From positions 1,920,001-1,984,000 of the forward strand of contig CAWCYD010000003.1 of assembly GCA_963799775.1 (NCBI GenBank): a stretch of 64,000 nt of DNA, written 5' to 3'. Each line of letters opens with the position of its first letter. Position 1 is the stretch's first letter. Both the position numbers and the translations under genes were made by a program. Of this stretch, positions 9,553-19,336 are shown piece by piece. The stretch comes from an uncultured archaeon (GTDB lineage Archaea > Thermoproteota > Nitrososphaeria > Nitrososphaerales > Gagatemarchaeaceae). The notes under the pieces are model-generated. The model was not told where the DNA came from. It was given only the letters and a program-made list of their open reading frames with translations, and did not search any database.

Positions 9553-9627
9553 CTAGTCGGGGAGTCGCTGATTTTGATGACATTTGCTTTCGGTCACGTC
9601 ATCTTGTCTTCGATAGTCCCCGACTAG
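9553..9627. repeat. intergenic long hairpin (11-bp perfect inverted repeat plus inner 6-bp stem)
   Basis: CTAGTCGGGGA (9553-9563) / TCCCCGACTAG (9617-9627); GATGAC (9576-9581) / GTCATC (9598-9603). Confidence 0.7.
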
Positions 9628-9769
9628 TCTGGAACCCATATTGGCGCGAAGCACATAGGTCTGTAGCTACATTCTTCTCGATGAGTGCTCGGCAGGATGA
9701 AGAAAGGAAGTTCGCCAAACCACCGAGAGGGCTCGCTTCCATCCCGATTGGCGCACGCGGCATTCCTCA

Positions 9770-10468
9770 CTATTGCTTGAGCTTCACGAACTCGACCAGC
9801 CCGTCCCTGAACCTGACGCTCGCGTGGCTGCCGTTGCAGAAGGGCTTGTTCGCCGAGACGCCGCAGCGGCAGAGGGTCACGCGGTTTCGCCGCTCGTACG
9901 GCGTCCCGTTCTCTGACTCCACCCTAATCCCTCCCTTGACGTAGAGCGGGCCGCTGCACCCCAGCGCAGGGTCCTCGACGACGCCGATCGAAGGGGCGAG
10001 CTTCGGCTCGACCTCTTTCCCTGTCTTCTTGTCGTGCAAGACTAGCCGTCCGGAAGGGCAGTGCTGCTCCTCCCTGATGACCAGCTTCCGAACCTCAGGG
10101 TCGTCTGTGCCCTCCATCAGGCCCCATATCTTGCCTCCCGGGTCGCAGAAGCGCGCGAAGGCGCACAGGTCCTCCGCGTCGCTCAAAGTCATCGTAGCCC
10201 CGTCGAACGCCTCGGCCTGCCTCGCGAACGGTTGCCTCGTCGCCGTCTCGGTCCCATCGAAATGGACCTTCGAGTGGGAGCCGTCGCAGAACGGCTTGTT
10301 CTTGGAGCGGCCGCACCTGCACAGGTCGTAGCTTCCGCTCGTGGTGAAGCTCTTGGCGGTCTTCCAATCCCACGAGAGTCCCTCCGCGTTCGGCTCGATT
10401 ATGTCCATCGTCAGCGGGATGCCCGCGGAGACGACGTACGGGCCGTCCTTGGTCACCACGATCTTCAT
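9770..10468 (-). CDS. CDGSH iron-sulfur protein with two CDGSH domains and a central ferredoxin-like region
   Basis: LCRCGRSKNKPFCDGSH and LCRCGVSANKPFCNGSH; CAFARFC...CPSG. Confidence 0.93.
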   Translation of the reverse strand: MKIVVTKDGPYVVSAGIPLTMDIIEPNAEGLSWDWKTAKSFTTSGSYDLCRCGRSKNKPFCDGSHSKVHFDGTETATRQPFARQAEAFDGATMTLSDAEDLCAFARFCDPGGKIWGLMEGTDDPEVRKLVIREEQHCPSGRLVLHDKKTGKEVEPKLAPSIGVVEDPALGCSGPLYVKGGIRVESENGTPYERRNRVTLCRCGVSANKPFCNGSHASVRFRDGLVEFVKLKQ

Positions 10469-10570
10469 CTCTTCTTGGCTCTTCTTTGTCAGTCGAGGTC
10501 TAGCTCCCTTTCAGACTTCAGCCCCGACTTTGGTATAACGCTTTCTTCAGACACCAAGAAGACGAGTGCC

Positions 10571-11017
10571 TCAGTAAGGGTCGGTCTCTGCATCCAGCGC
10601 ATCGAGGTACCTTCCATATCCCCACGTCCGGGCTAGGTCGTCAGCCTCCCTCTCCCTCAACTTGGATGCCCGAGGCGCGACGTGCTCGTTGAGCCATGCG
10701 TGAGCCAGTTCATGGGCAACAACGCCTATGGCGGCATCATCCGAGAGCTCGTCGAGGAGGTCGCTGTAGAAGGTAATCGTCTGGGTGCCACGGCCAGCGT
10801 CAGTTCCGCCTCGATCCGTCCTGGACTCGATCTTGCTATACGTCGTGAGGCCCACCATGCCCCGGGTCGTCTTGTCTCTCATTTGGATCCTGACGACCGA
10901 CCGAAGCGGAGCAAACTCAGGAGGGAAACTCGAGAGCGCCTTTGTGATCAAGGCGCGGAGCCTGGCGCTCTTGGCGTCATACTCGGCACGACCCAGAACA
11001 CGAGACCAGTGATCCAC
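10571..11017 (-). CDS. small HExxH zinc metallopeptidase-like protein
   Basis: VVAHELAH...REREAD...WGY. Confidence 0.7.
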   Translation of the reverse strand: MDHWSRVLGRAEYDAKSARLRALITKALSSFPPEFAPLRSVVRIQMRDKTTRGMVGLTTYSKIESRTDRGGTDAGRGTQTITFYSDLLDELSDDAAIGVVAHELAHAWLNEHVAPRASKLREREADDLARTWGYGRYLDALDAETDPY

Positions 11018-11031
11018 GGGTCAGACCCACG

Positions 11032-11823
11032 TCATGCGAAGAACTCCTCTAACACCGGGGCAAGAACCTTCGGCCTTACCCCGTGAGTCTGACCTGCCAG
11101 AGTACGGAGCTGAGCATGGGAGACGGCCTGGCTGATTTCCTTGGCCGCACTGCGCATGGCAGGAGCTCCCGCACCGCCGTGCATGACGAGCGTGGGGATG
11201 GTGATTCTTGCCAAGAGAGCAGCAGGCAAAGAATGGCCTTGCCCTAGGACGCCGCTCTCGTAGGCCAGGGTCGGCGCCATGGCTTCCAACCCCCGCCACA
11301 TCGGCAAGCGTCTTATCGCCTGGAGCTGCCTCTCGGACACCCCCACGGCTCGGATGAACAACGCCACGGCATCACCGTTTCGTCCGGACGCGAGCAACTT
11401 CTTGAGCTCTCGGTCGTACTCCTTGGCGGCCCTGCGCGCAGCGGCATCCACAGAATACGGCGCCTCGTATATCGCTAGTTTCCTGACCCGCTTGGGCATT
11501 CGGCTGGCAGCCTGAAGTGCAAGGGCCGCGCCAGAGGAATGACCGTAGAGACACACTGACCCGCCGACGTCCTCGACTAGTTCAGCAAGGTCTTCGACTT
11601 CGCGTTGAGGCGAGTAGGGTGCGGTGTCCGTGCTGTCACCGCGCCCACGTCGGTCATAGCTGATGACGGTGAATTGACAAGAGAGGAGCTTGGCCAGCGC
11701 GGCCCCAGACTTCCTCGAGTTGAGCGCCCCGAGGACGAGTATTACGGTCGGGCCCCAACCAATCTTCTCGTACGCAATCCTCGTGCCGTCCTTCGACACC
11801 ACTGTGAGGAACCTGGCCCTCAT
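11032..11823 (-). CDS. alpha/beta hydrolase
   Basis: SKDGTRIAY, YDRRGRGDS, GHSSG nucleophile motif, GQTH. Confidence 0.92.
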   Translation of the reverse strand: MRARFLTVVSKDGTRIAYEKIGWGPTVILVLGALNSRKSGAALAKLLSCQFTVISYDRRGRGDSTDTAPYSPQREVEDLAELVEDVGGSVCLYGHSSGAALALQAASRMPKRVRKLAIYEAPYSVDAAARRAAKEYDRELKKLLASGRNGDAVALFIRAVGVSERQLQAIRRLPMWRGLEAMAPTLAYESGVLGQGHSLPAALLARITIPTLVMHGGAGAPAMRSAAKEISQAVSHAQLRTLAGQTHGVRPKVLAPVLEEFFA

Positions 11824-11878
11824 AAGACATCGCGATCCTGGCATCTATTTGTAATATTGATTTCTATGGGAGTAGGGA

Positions 11879-12148
11879 TTGAAGGGCAGGCTCCGCCAGG
11901 TGATCGAGAGGGCTCGCTTCGCCCCGAAGGGCGAATACCGAGTCCAGTTCCGGGACAAGAAGCGCCTAGCGGAGGTCTCCATCAAGGACTTTTGGGAGAT
12001 CGCGGACATAATCCCAGAGCACAGGATTGCGCGAGTCCTGCTGGACGGAGAGACGGTCTACCAGTCATCGAAGTCCGAGCTGCTCGTTCTCCATGTCGAG
12101 AACGTGACGGATGTCAATCAGTTCAGGATGACCAGGCCTCGCGACTGA
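11879..12148 (+). CDS. DUF504 / MJ1316-like RNA-repair-associated domain protein
   Basis: IPEHRI motif in an 89-aa protein. Confidence 0.65.
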   Translation: MKGRLRQVIERARFAPKGEYRVQFRDKKRLAEVSIKDFWEIADIIPEHRIARVLLDGETVYQSSKSELLVLHVENVTDVNQFRMTRPRD

Positions 12149-12215
12149 CTCGCTCATGGCGGACCTGTTTCGGCTTTGATTATATGCTGAGAGCTTGCGG
12201 GCAGGGGCCTGCGCG

Positions 12216-12644
12216 ATGGTCTACATCAGGAGGAGAGGTACCGCCATCGTCGACACCCCAGCCGGGATCCTAGTAGTGAGCAAGGATGGTCACCTCTTCA
12301 CCGTCCCAGGAGGAGGGGCGCGCCCTGAGGAGACGGACGTGGAGGCCGCGATACGCGAGCTCAGGGAGGAGACACGCCTGGAGGGGACCGACGCCGTCTA
12401 CCTCTTCGAGTTCCTGGGGCAGACGCATACGGGCCCCAAGGGTGGGATCTTCCGGAACGCCCACAAGGTGTTCCTGGTCAAGGCAAAAGGCCTGCCAAAG
12501 CCGAACAGGGAGATCAAGAAGGTCGCCTACTACACGGGCTCCCAGCCACCGCTCACATTCTCAGCGCGCAGGATAATCGACAGATACCAAGCGACGAGGC
12601 CCCGTCGGGGCATCCGGAGAAGGCTAGGCGGAAAATCAGGATAA
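12216..12644 (+). CDS. NUDIX hydrolase
   Basis: PGGGARPEETDVEAAIRELREETRL Nudix box. Confidence 0.9.
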   Translation: MVYIRRRGTAIVDTPAGILVVSKDGHLFTVPGGGARPEETDVEAAIRELREETRLEGTDAVYLFEFLGQTHTGPKGGIFRNAHKVFLVKAKGLPKPNREIKKVAYYTGSQPPLTFSARRIIDRYQATRPRRGIRRRLGGKSG

Positions 12645-12808
12645 TCGCTGCGGGGTGCACTCTTACGGCTGCAGCCGTCACCAACGTTGCGGCGCTTTCA
12701 GCAAAATCCGCAGTCCCGCTACAGTATTCTACTCGAGGCGGCCTAGGGGAGGGACCGAGCGGGTCCCCTGACACGAGCGCCCAAGAGATTTCACGGAGGA
12801 GGTCGAGG

Positions 12809-13921
12809 ATGGAGATAATGGGGGACATCTTGAAGGTCGTCAGCGACGGGTCGGCCCGGCCCACGCAGATAATGCACGGAGCGAACCTCACGTGGCCTCC
12901 CCTCATGCTGCACCTTGAGATGCTCCTGCGCAAGCGGCTCCTGACGAGGGAGACAGATGGGGACAAGTCGACCTACAGGGTCACGCCCAAAGGAAGGGAC
13001 GTCCTCAGGATGTATCTCACTCTCAGGGAGGAGACAGGCGTGCTCGAGAGCTTCGCGGACGAGTTGGAAAAGGAGGGGGTCCATCGACCGGGAGCGAGGA
13101 GGATGCTCTCGAACCTGCGCTCGATCCTGGCCGCCGCGAACTTTCACGTCCTCGAGAACAAGGCCCTCGGGAAGTCGGGGACGGAGTACACCTTTCCCCT
13201 GGTTGTCCAGGGGATGAGCAGGTCGAGATACGGCTTCGTGGTCCTTCCGGACGTCGACGAGCAGACAGTGATCAGGAACTTTGTGAAGCAGCTGGACACG
13301 GAGGTGGACCTGAGCATAGTCGGCACCGGGAGAATCAGCGAGCAGGCCAGAAACATCGCGGCGATGGACTCTATCCCCCTGCTGTCGACAAGCGACCTTG
13401 CCGGCTTCGGCGAGAGCCTGACCTTCCGTGACGCGTTCCGCGCCGCCAGCGCCCTGATCTTGCAGGTCGACCCGACGGGGAACTACGAGCGCGTCATCGA
13501 GGCGCTCGTCCGCCGGGAGGCGACGAACGGCCATGTGTTCGTGTTCACATTGAAGCAGAGCAGGGTATATCCCGCGATCCCTCGGCTCGGCATGGTGACG
13601 GTCCGCCTCATGCCAGAGACCGGCTCGGCAGAGGCTTGGGCCGATGTCATCGGGCTCTTAGAAGGCCCGGCGGATGCAACACAATCGGAGGGCCGGCGGC
13701 TCGTGATTCTCGACGATGTCTCCGAACTCCTCGCGCCAATGGGACACGCGAAGCGAGCCCAGATCTTGAAGAGCGTCGTGGGAGCGGCAGGAGCGAGCGT
13801 CCAGAGGTCCCTCTTCATCTTGAAAAGGGATTCCAAAGGAGGGGAGGAACTGGAGTTCGAGAGGGGGGGACAAGGTCGCCTAGTCTACGACGGCGACGGT
13901 CTCAGACTTTCGCCTCAGTGA
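12809..13921 (+). CDS. winged-helix regulator fused to a nuclease-like fold and a degenerate RecA-like/DUF835-type domain; start may be slightly upstream
   Basis: RSRMEIMGDIL...PTQIMHGANL...YRVTPKG wHTH; GKSGTEYTF; LVILDDVSEL. Confidence 0.65.
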   Translation: MEIMGDILKVVSDGSARPTQIMHGANLTWPPLMLHLEMLLRKRLLTRETDGDKSTYRVTPKGRDVLRMYLTLREETGVLESFADELEKEGVHRPGARRMLSNLRSILAAANFHVLENKALGKSGTEYTFPLVVQGMSRSRYGFVVLPDVDEQTVIRNFVKQLDTEVDLSIVGTGRISEQARNIAAMDSIPLLSTSDLAGFGESLTFRDAFRAASALILQVDPTGNYERVIEALVRREATNGHVFVFTLKQSRVYPAIPRLGMVTVRLMPETGSAEAWADVIGLLEGPADATQSEGRRLVILDDVSELLAPMGHAKRAQILKSVVGAAGASVQRSLFILKRDSKGGEELEFERGGQGRLVYDGDGLRLSPQ

Positions 13922-13958
13922 CGAGGCAGCACTCGACGCTAAAGGTTGTCGAGACGCT

Positions 13959-14975
13959 CTAAGGCTTGACGACGATCGTTCCCGTCATCCAGGAGTGGAA
14001 CATGCAGTAGTATTGGTAGGTCCCGGCCACAGTCAACGTCACTGAGTAGGTCGCTCCTGGAGTAAGGTTATCGTCGCTGAAAGCCTGCGCCCCGGCGGGC
14101 ACGCTCGAGGAGTCCACAGAGTGGACAGCCGCGTCGTTGTTGGTCCACATGATGGTGTTGTTGGTGCCGATCACCACCGTGATGGTGCTCGGGCTGTAGT
14201 TCAGGCTGGAGCTCGAGCCTGTGCCGGAGGGTATCGAGACCTTGACCACAGCTGGGGTGGCTGAAGTCGACGTGGTCGTTGTAGTCGTGGTGGTCGTAGT
14301 GCTCGTGCTCGAGGTCGCATCGATGCTGCAGCACGGGTAGAAGTTTCCGTGGCCCTGCCCTGTGATCTGGCCCGCGGCCTTGTCGTTCACATAGTAGTAG
14401 AGGGGATAGCCGTTGTAGGTGGTCTGCATCTTCCCGTCCGTGCGCGTGGCCAAGCCGAAGCTGCTCGCGCTCAAACCGGGCGGGACGGTTATCGGGCCTG
14501 CAGAGTAGAACAGAGGCCAGGTAGTCACACAGCTGCCGGTGCAGGTGCTCGTCCCGTTCCCGGGATCCGTGGCCCTGAAGTAGAGCGTGAACGCGGAAGC
14601 GTTGGTGAGATAGAGCCCCGTGCCCGCCTTGTAGGCTAGGTTGACGGTGAACGGCCCCGTCGCCGTGCTCGTCGTGGTTGAGACCACGGTCGTGGAGCTT
14701 GTAGTCGTCAGGGTGCTCAAGAGCGTGGTGGTCGTGTTGAAAATCGACGTCGCCGTCGAGGTTATCGTGCTGAGAACTGGGGTGGCAACGGTGCTGTAGA
14801 CCGTGCTAAGCTGAGTGCTGAGCTCTGTGCTCATCTGGGTCGTGGTGTTCGTAATCGTCTTGCCAGCCCCGCCAGGAGGGGCGACAAAGAGGTACCCCGA
14901 TAGTGCGGCAAAGACGATCGCGGTCGCAGCCAAGGCGCCGGTGACAGTTCTGTTGGTGACCATTCTAAGGGCCAA
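13959..14975 (-). CDS. Ser/Thr-rich surface protein with Yx(FWY)xxD repeats and a C-terminal plastocyanin-like domain
   Basis: TM anchor; LYFRATD, CTGSCVTTWP, YPLYYYVND; H...YYCMFHSWM type-1 copper site. Confidence 0.85.
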   Translation of the reverse strand: MALRMVTNRTVTGALAATAIVFAALSGYLFVAPPGGAGKTITNTTTQMSTELSTQLSTVYSTVATPVLSTITSTATSIFNTTTTLLSTLTTTSSTTVVSTTTSTATGPFTVNLAYKAGTGLYLTNASAFTLYFRATDPGNGTSTCTGSCVTTWPLFYSAGPITVPPGLSASSFGLATRTDGKMQTTYNGYPLYYYVNDKAAGQITGQGHGNFYPCCSIDATSSTSTTTTTTTTTTSTSATPAVVKVSIPSGTGSSSSLNYSPSTITVVIGTNNTIMWTNNDAAVHSVDSSSVPAGAQAFSDDNLTPGATYSVTLTVAGTYQYYCMFHSWMTGTIVVKP

Positions 14976-15166
14976 GGTATGCAGGTTCGGCTAAATGCCT
15001 GAAAGGAGCTAAGACACGTGTCGGTGATACATGTCAGCTGAAATACATCCTCGACCTCACAGAGAGGTCCAGACCTTCGTCGGAAGAATTTAGCCGGATC
15101 ATCGTAGGCGCTTTTTAAGGAAAGGAGACTTATATTGAACAGAAGGCCATGGAAAACCGAGCGTCA

Positions 15167-15301
15167 GTGTCCGACCGGCCCTCCGAATCTGATGAGGAAA
15201 CAATGCGAAGGATTGACGAGCTTCTGAAGGACCCGAACAGGCTCAGGGAAGCTGTCGAGTCGCGCATTGACAAGGTCGTGAAGAATTGGCCGAGGCATTA
15301 G
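15167..15301 (+). CDS. possible 44-aa small protein (MSDRPSESDEETMRRIDELLKDPNRLREAVESRIDKVVKNWPRH)
   Basis: GTG start about 30 bp after TTATAT; amphipathic helical sequence. Confidence 0.4.
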   Translation: MSDRPSESDEETMRRIDELLKDPNRLREAVESRIDKVVKNWPRH

Positions 15302-15505
15302 ATGCCGACATCGAGCGTCTGTGCAAGCTCTTGGTCGCCCACAAGAAGTTGCTCGTCCACCGAGCCCTGATTGCTTGGGGCGGAGTCCCGAGACATTCGG
15401 AGACGAAATTGTGGCTCTCAACAACATCGATGAGACGTTGCGCAACAACCCAACCGGTTGATTCCTTCGCTTTCGTTGGCCGGGGCCTTTAGCGACTGGC
15501 GATTG

Positions 15506-15702
15506 TCACAACGGCGCTACGATCTCACGCATGGGGGCGTGGGCACCCTCATGCCTGCGCATGTGGGCGTAGCAGCATCCGGCCCGCAGACGTGGCACTC
15601 AAAGTGGAACCCAAAGCGATCGAGCAGAAGACCGCAGAACTAGCAGTGGACCGACTTCAGAGCGTCGTGGCGACTACCGTCACTCCTGGAATCCAGTGCC
15701 AT
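15506..15702 (-). pseudogene. disrupted copy of the small Cys/His zinc-finger gene at 18227-18436
   Basis: MALDSRS...HC*FCG...FHFECHVCG, with a TAG at 15640-15642 plus a 1-bp shift. Confidence 0.7.
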
Positions 15703-15765
15703 GTGACCTCGGGGTGAGGCTTCTAGAATCTAGCCGGTCCCCGGGGGAGGCTGAGAGTGATGTCT

Positions 15766-16281
15766 CTAGAGCGTGTACTTGCAGTTGGGGCACTGCCATT
15801 TCACGATCATCCCTTGGTGGTTGGTCACCTTCTCCATGAAGGCCTTGTTGCAGTTCGGGCACCGGACCTCGGAGACCTCGGGGGCGTTGTGGCTCCGAAG
15901 CCTGTCCAGAAGGTTCTCCCTGCTAAAGTCTCTTGAGATGTCGGTCAGCGTCACCCACCCGAGGAACCTGCCTGACTCGTAGACTCCCAAGCGGGTAGAA
16001 CCATTCTCAGCGAGCTCCTTTGCCGCTTGCTTCGTCGTCGCTTCAGGGGCGATCCTGTACAGCATGTGCATTATCTTGCCGACCTTGACTTCCTCCGGCC
16101 TCTTGTTCAGCTTGACGAACTCCGTCAGGAGGGCCATTTCCCCGAAGAACCCCACGACTTTCTTGTTGTCGTCGACCACCACGACAGCGGAGGTGTCACT
16201 CTCTCGTTCATCAGCCTCGTGGCCTCCAGCACTGTCGTCTCCTTCGTCACTTTGGGGATCTTGGCGTTCGCTGTCATCACA
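15766..16281 (-). CDS. CBS-pair protein with a C-terminal zinc ribbon, frameshifted near 16205
   Basis: MTANAKIPKVTKETTVLEATRLM / VVVVDDNKKVVGFF; CPNC...CPNC. Confidence 0.8.
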   Translation of the reverse strand, partial: CDDSERQDPQSDEGDDSAGGHEADERESDTSAVVVVDDNKKVVGFFGEMALLTEFVKLNKRPEEVKVGKIMHMLYRIAPEATTKQAAKELAENGSTRLGVYESGRFLGWVTLTDISRDFSRENLLDRLRSHNAPEVSEVRCPNCNKAFMEKVTNHQGMIVKWQCPNCKYTL

Positions 16282-16463
16282 TCTTTGACCCGTGCCAATT
16301 CGAACGCGATACCCGCTTTTCGTTAGATAAGGATATGTCTGACGGGGGTCTTCTGCCCAAGCAGACCAATCCCTAAGGCTTGAGAAGCTGGCCCTGCCTA
16401 CTCTAACCGGCAAGGATTCGAGATTTAGAAGATTCTTTCAGAGTTGTTTTAAGGTGGCCGGCG

Positions 16464-16763
16464 ATGTACGAGGAGATTCTCACCGCCATGGACAGAGGTC
16501 TACGAAGTCTCCAGGAGACCAGAGCCGCCCAGTTTCCAGACGGACTGGGAGAGGAATACCGATACAGCGTGAGAGTAAGGGCGCTGGAGACCTTTGCGAA
16601 CGTGATGGACCGGATGGGGATCGTGATTCAGCGCGACTCGCCCCTCGTTACTTTTACGTCGGTGAAACACATCGATCTGAGAGCCTTCAAGGAGAGGGGA
16701 CTCGTCTGGTCCTACACCGTAGTCCGCCGGCGATACGAGGAACAGACAGTGGAAGAGGCCTGA
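16464..16763 (+). CDS. hypothetical protein, tandem paralog A
   Basis: Similar to the next ORF (YSVRVRALETF...GLVWSY). Confidence 0.7.
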   Translation: MYEEILTAMDRGLRSLQETRAAQFPDGLGEEYRYSVRVRALETFANVMDRMGIVIQRDSPLVTFTSVKHIDLRAFKERGLVWSYTVVRRRYEEQTVEEA

Positions 16764-16855
16764 AAGCAGGATGCAATGCGCGGAGCCGCTTGCTTGCCAG
16801 AACAAAGTTACTTACCCGCTTAAAGCCGCCTGCATATGGCGTAGCCTGTACCCGC

Positions 16856-17134
16856 TTGGACGACAAGCAGCAATTCAGCGCCCCCGAGCACGAAAGACTC
16901 GCCCAAGAAGGGCCGGACACCGAGTTCAAGTACGTCGTACACATCCGAATCATCGAGACCTTCATCAATCTGATGGAGGGGCAAGGGGTAACCGTTCCTC
17001 ACCCGCCGGACCTGCACGTGAGCTTCGCAGCATCCAAGCTCCTGGACATGAAATCGTACAGGAAGAGCGGGCTGATCTGGTCGTACAGCATCATACGCGT
17101 CCGCAAGACGGAAGAAGTCATCGAGGAAAGCTGA
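16856..17134 (+). CDS. hypothetical protein, tandem paralog B
   Basis: TTG about 30 bp after CTTAAA; YVVHIRIIETF...GLIWSY. Confidence 0.7.
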   Translation: MDDKQQFSAPEHERLAQEGPDTEFKYVVHIRIIETFINLMEGQGVTVPHPPDLHVSFAASKLLDMKSYRKSGLIWSYSIIRVRKTEEVIEES

Positions 17135-17293
17135 CCACCTTCGAGCGAGTCCACTAACTTCTGGTGACCACAGAGAGTGAACTGAGTATTTATCCGGACA
17201 GGCGGTGCTTCAGACCGTGCATCTTCAACCTGAACCCGGCGTCGACGCATCTGAAAAGTCGGAGAGCAGGCTTGCGCTCATCCACAGGGCCTC

Positions 17294-17821
17294 GTGCCTA
17301 GCGACCCGTATCCCAAGGAGTACGCCATCATGGTGACCGACAGGCGGTCCATCTTCATGCTCCAACCAAAGACGAGGAACGGCTTCGTGCTCCGCGGAGA
17401 GATGAAGTTCGGCACGGCGCTAGTCACCGACGTCGCCCCCAAGACACTCGAGGACTACGAACACTCAGAACTCGATTCTCTTGCATCACAAGTCGGGAAC
17501 TTTGCGATCCATCACGCCTCGGTCCTGTCATTTGCGATGAGCAAGGCCGAGCCCGGATCCCGCCTGAGCGACCTCTTTGTCCGGCTCACGATGAGGCGGC
17601 AGGGTGAGATCTTCCAGGTCTATCGCTTCGAGATAGACCATCAGACAAGTTCCGGCCGCGAGGAACGGCTGACTTTCTACGCTGTCCCATTGGGGGCGTA
17701 CTTCAAGCCGAGAAGGCAGGTCCAGAGCAGGGAGACGATCCTCCGCGAATACGCATTGGACGTGCTCGGCATGTTCCAAAAGGCCCTTCCTGCGAAGGCA
17801 ATGCGGGTCTCGGAGCCGTAG
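17294..17821 (+). CDS. hypothetical protein
   Basis: 175-aa ORF with plausible codon usage. Confidence 0.55.
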   Translation: MPSDPYPKEYAIMVTDRRSIFMLQPKTRNGFVLRGEMKFGTALVTDVAPKTLEDYEHSELDSLASQVGNFAIHHASVLSFAMSKAEPGSRLSDLFVRLTMRRQGEIFQVYRFEIDHQTSSGREERLTFYAVPLGAYFKPRRQVQSRETILREYALDVLGMFQKALPAKAMRVSEP

Positions 17822-17865
17822 AGTCACCTCGAAGCGTTATCTACCGCGTCGGCGTCGAGGATATC

Positions 17866-18177
17866 GTGTTGAGATACGTCCTTATCACCAGTCGGACCAA
17901 CCACTGGGACAAGGTGGGCAACGTCTCCTCGTACCCTTACACCTTGCTCCGCGGTGCGGTGATGAATCCCGAGAGGCTCGCAGACAACACCCCGGCGGTC
18001 TTCGTCAAGGTGGACAAGGAGATGAGGACGCCGGAGAAGGCCTGGGAGGGCGAGGTGACTAAGGTCACGAGGCGGAGCGACAAGGTCTGGTTGCAGTTCA
18101 GGCTAGGTCGCGTGGTCACGTGCCCCGAGAGGTTCGCTGCCTCGCCAGACGGCTGGTACACCGACGGCACCCCCTAG
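17866..18177 (+). CDS. hypothetical protein
   Basis: 103-aa ORF. Confidence 0.55.
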   Translation: MLRYVLITSRTNHWDKVGNVSSYPYTLLRGAVMNPERLADNTPAVFVKVDKEMRTPEKAWEGEVTKVTRRSDKVWLQFRLGRVVTCPERFAASPDGWYTDGTP

Positions 18178-18226
18178 ACGCTTGTCTTTGGCGGGGCCTA
18201 CACGGACCGGGCTTAGAGAAGACTCG

Positions 18227-18436
18227 CTAGCTTACCTGCGCGACCATCTCGCGCATGGATCCATGGGCGCGCTCGTGCCTACGCATGTGGACGTAGCAGT
18301 ACCCCGCCCCACATACGTGGCACTCAAAGTGGAAGCCTATCCCGTCGAGCTGGAGGCCACAGAACTGGCAGTGGAGTCGAGACCTGACGGGAGCACCATG
18401 AAACCTCTCGTCGTTGCTCCTGGAATCCAGTGCCAT
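18227..18436 (-). CDS. small AN1-like Cys/His zinc-finger protein
   Basis: CQFC...FECHVCG..YCYVH...H. Confidence 0.7.
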   Translation of the reverse strand: MALDSRSNDERFHGAPVRSRLHCQFCGLQLDGIGFHFECHVCGAGYCYVHMRRHERAHGSMREMVAQVS

Positions 18437-18573
18437 GTCTTTGGCGTGACAGCCTTCCTGGATTTAACCGGTCCCCGGGAGGAGACTGAAAGTAATCCAC
18501 GGATTTCGGTCTTCACCTAGTTAGGATTAATACTTCATCAAGTGAACTAGGACGTGACCGTGATTGTGGTCCG

Positions 18574-19182
18574 GTGAAGGGCTCGCCTAGGCTCGGAATC
18601 CTTGCCTTCGGCTCTCTGATCACCTCGCCCGGCCCGGAGATCGCATCGGTGACCGTCGCCCGCATCAGGAACGTAGAGACACCGTTCAACGTGGAATTTG
18701 CCCGAAGCAGCAAGAAGAGGGGGAACGCCCCGACCTTGATCCCCGTCGACCGAGGCGGGTCGCACGTCAAGGCAGAGATCCTGGTCATGAGAGACGACGT
18801 AGGTCAAGACTCGGCAGCAGACATGCTCTGGCGAAGAGAGACGAACCAGACAGGTCGACAGAGATACCGACGCCCCGATGTGATAGGACAAGACAACGTT
18901 GTCGTGGAAACGGCTTACGACCTGTCAGGAGTTCGCACATTGCTTTACACCAAGATCGGACAGAACATCGACCCTCTCACACCGAAGGCGCTGGCGCAAC
19001 TAGCAATACACAGCGTGCGGGCAGGGGCGCCCGGAAGGGATGGAATCACATACTTGATGGACGCCAAGCACTCCGGGGTCGAGACTCCTCTGATGAGGGA
19101 CTACGAGTCAGAGATACTCAGGCAGACGAGGTCCAGGACACTGAGAGGCGCGCTGAACCACCTCAGATCCAGAAACACCTAG
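18574..19182 (+). CDS. gamma-glutamylcyclotransferase/ChaC-like protein
   Basis: ILAFGSLI N-terminal motif; GRDGITYL. Confidence 0.6.
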   Translation: MKGSPRLGILAFGSLITSPGPEIASVTVARIRNVETPFNVEFARSSKKRGNAPTLIPVDRGGSHVKAEILVMRDDVGQDSAADMLWRRETNQTGRQRYRRPDVIGQDNVVVETAYDLSGVRTLLYTKIGQNIDPLTPKALAQLAIHSVRAGAPGRDGITYLMDAKHSGVETPLMRDYESEILRQTRSRTLRGALNHLRSRNT

Positions 19183-19336
19183 CCTACCGCCTCTATGCAG
19201 ATGCTCCTGCTCCTCGCATCTCTGCCTGAGAAGGCTCATTCCAGGGAGCGTTCGCAAAACAAAGAAAATTCGGTGGGGGCTTTCGTGCCCCCTCGCTGGA
19301 AGCTCAGAGTGAGCGCATTGAAGGATTCTGGCCCAC

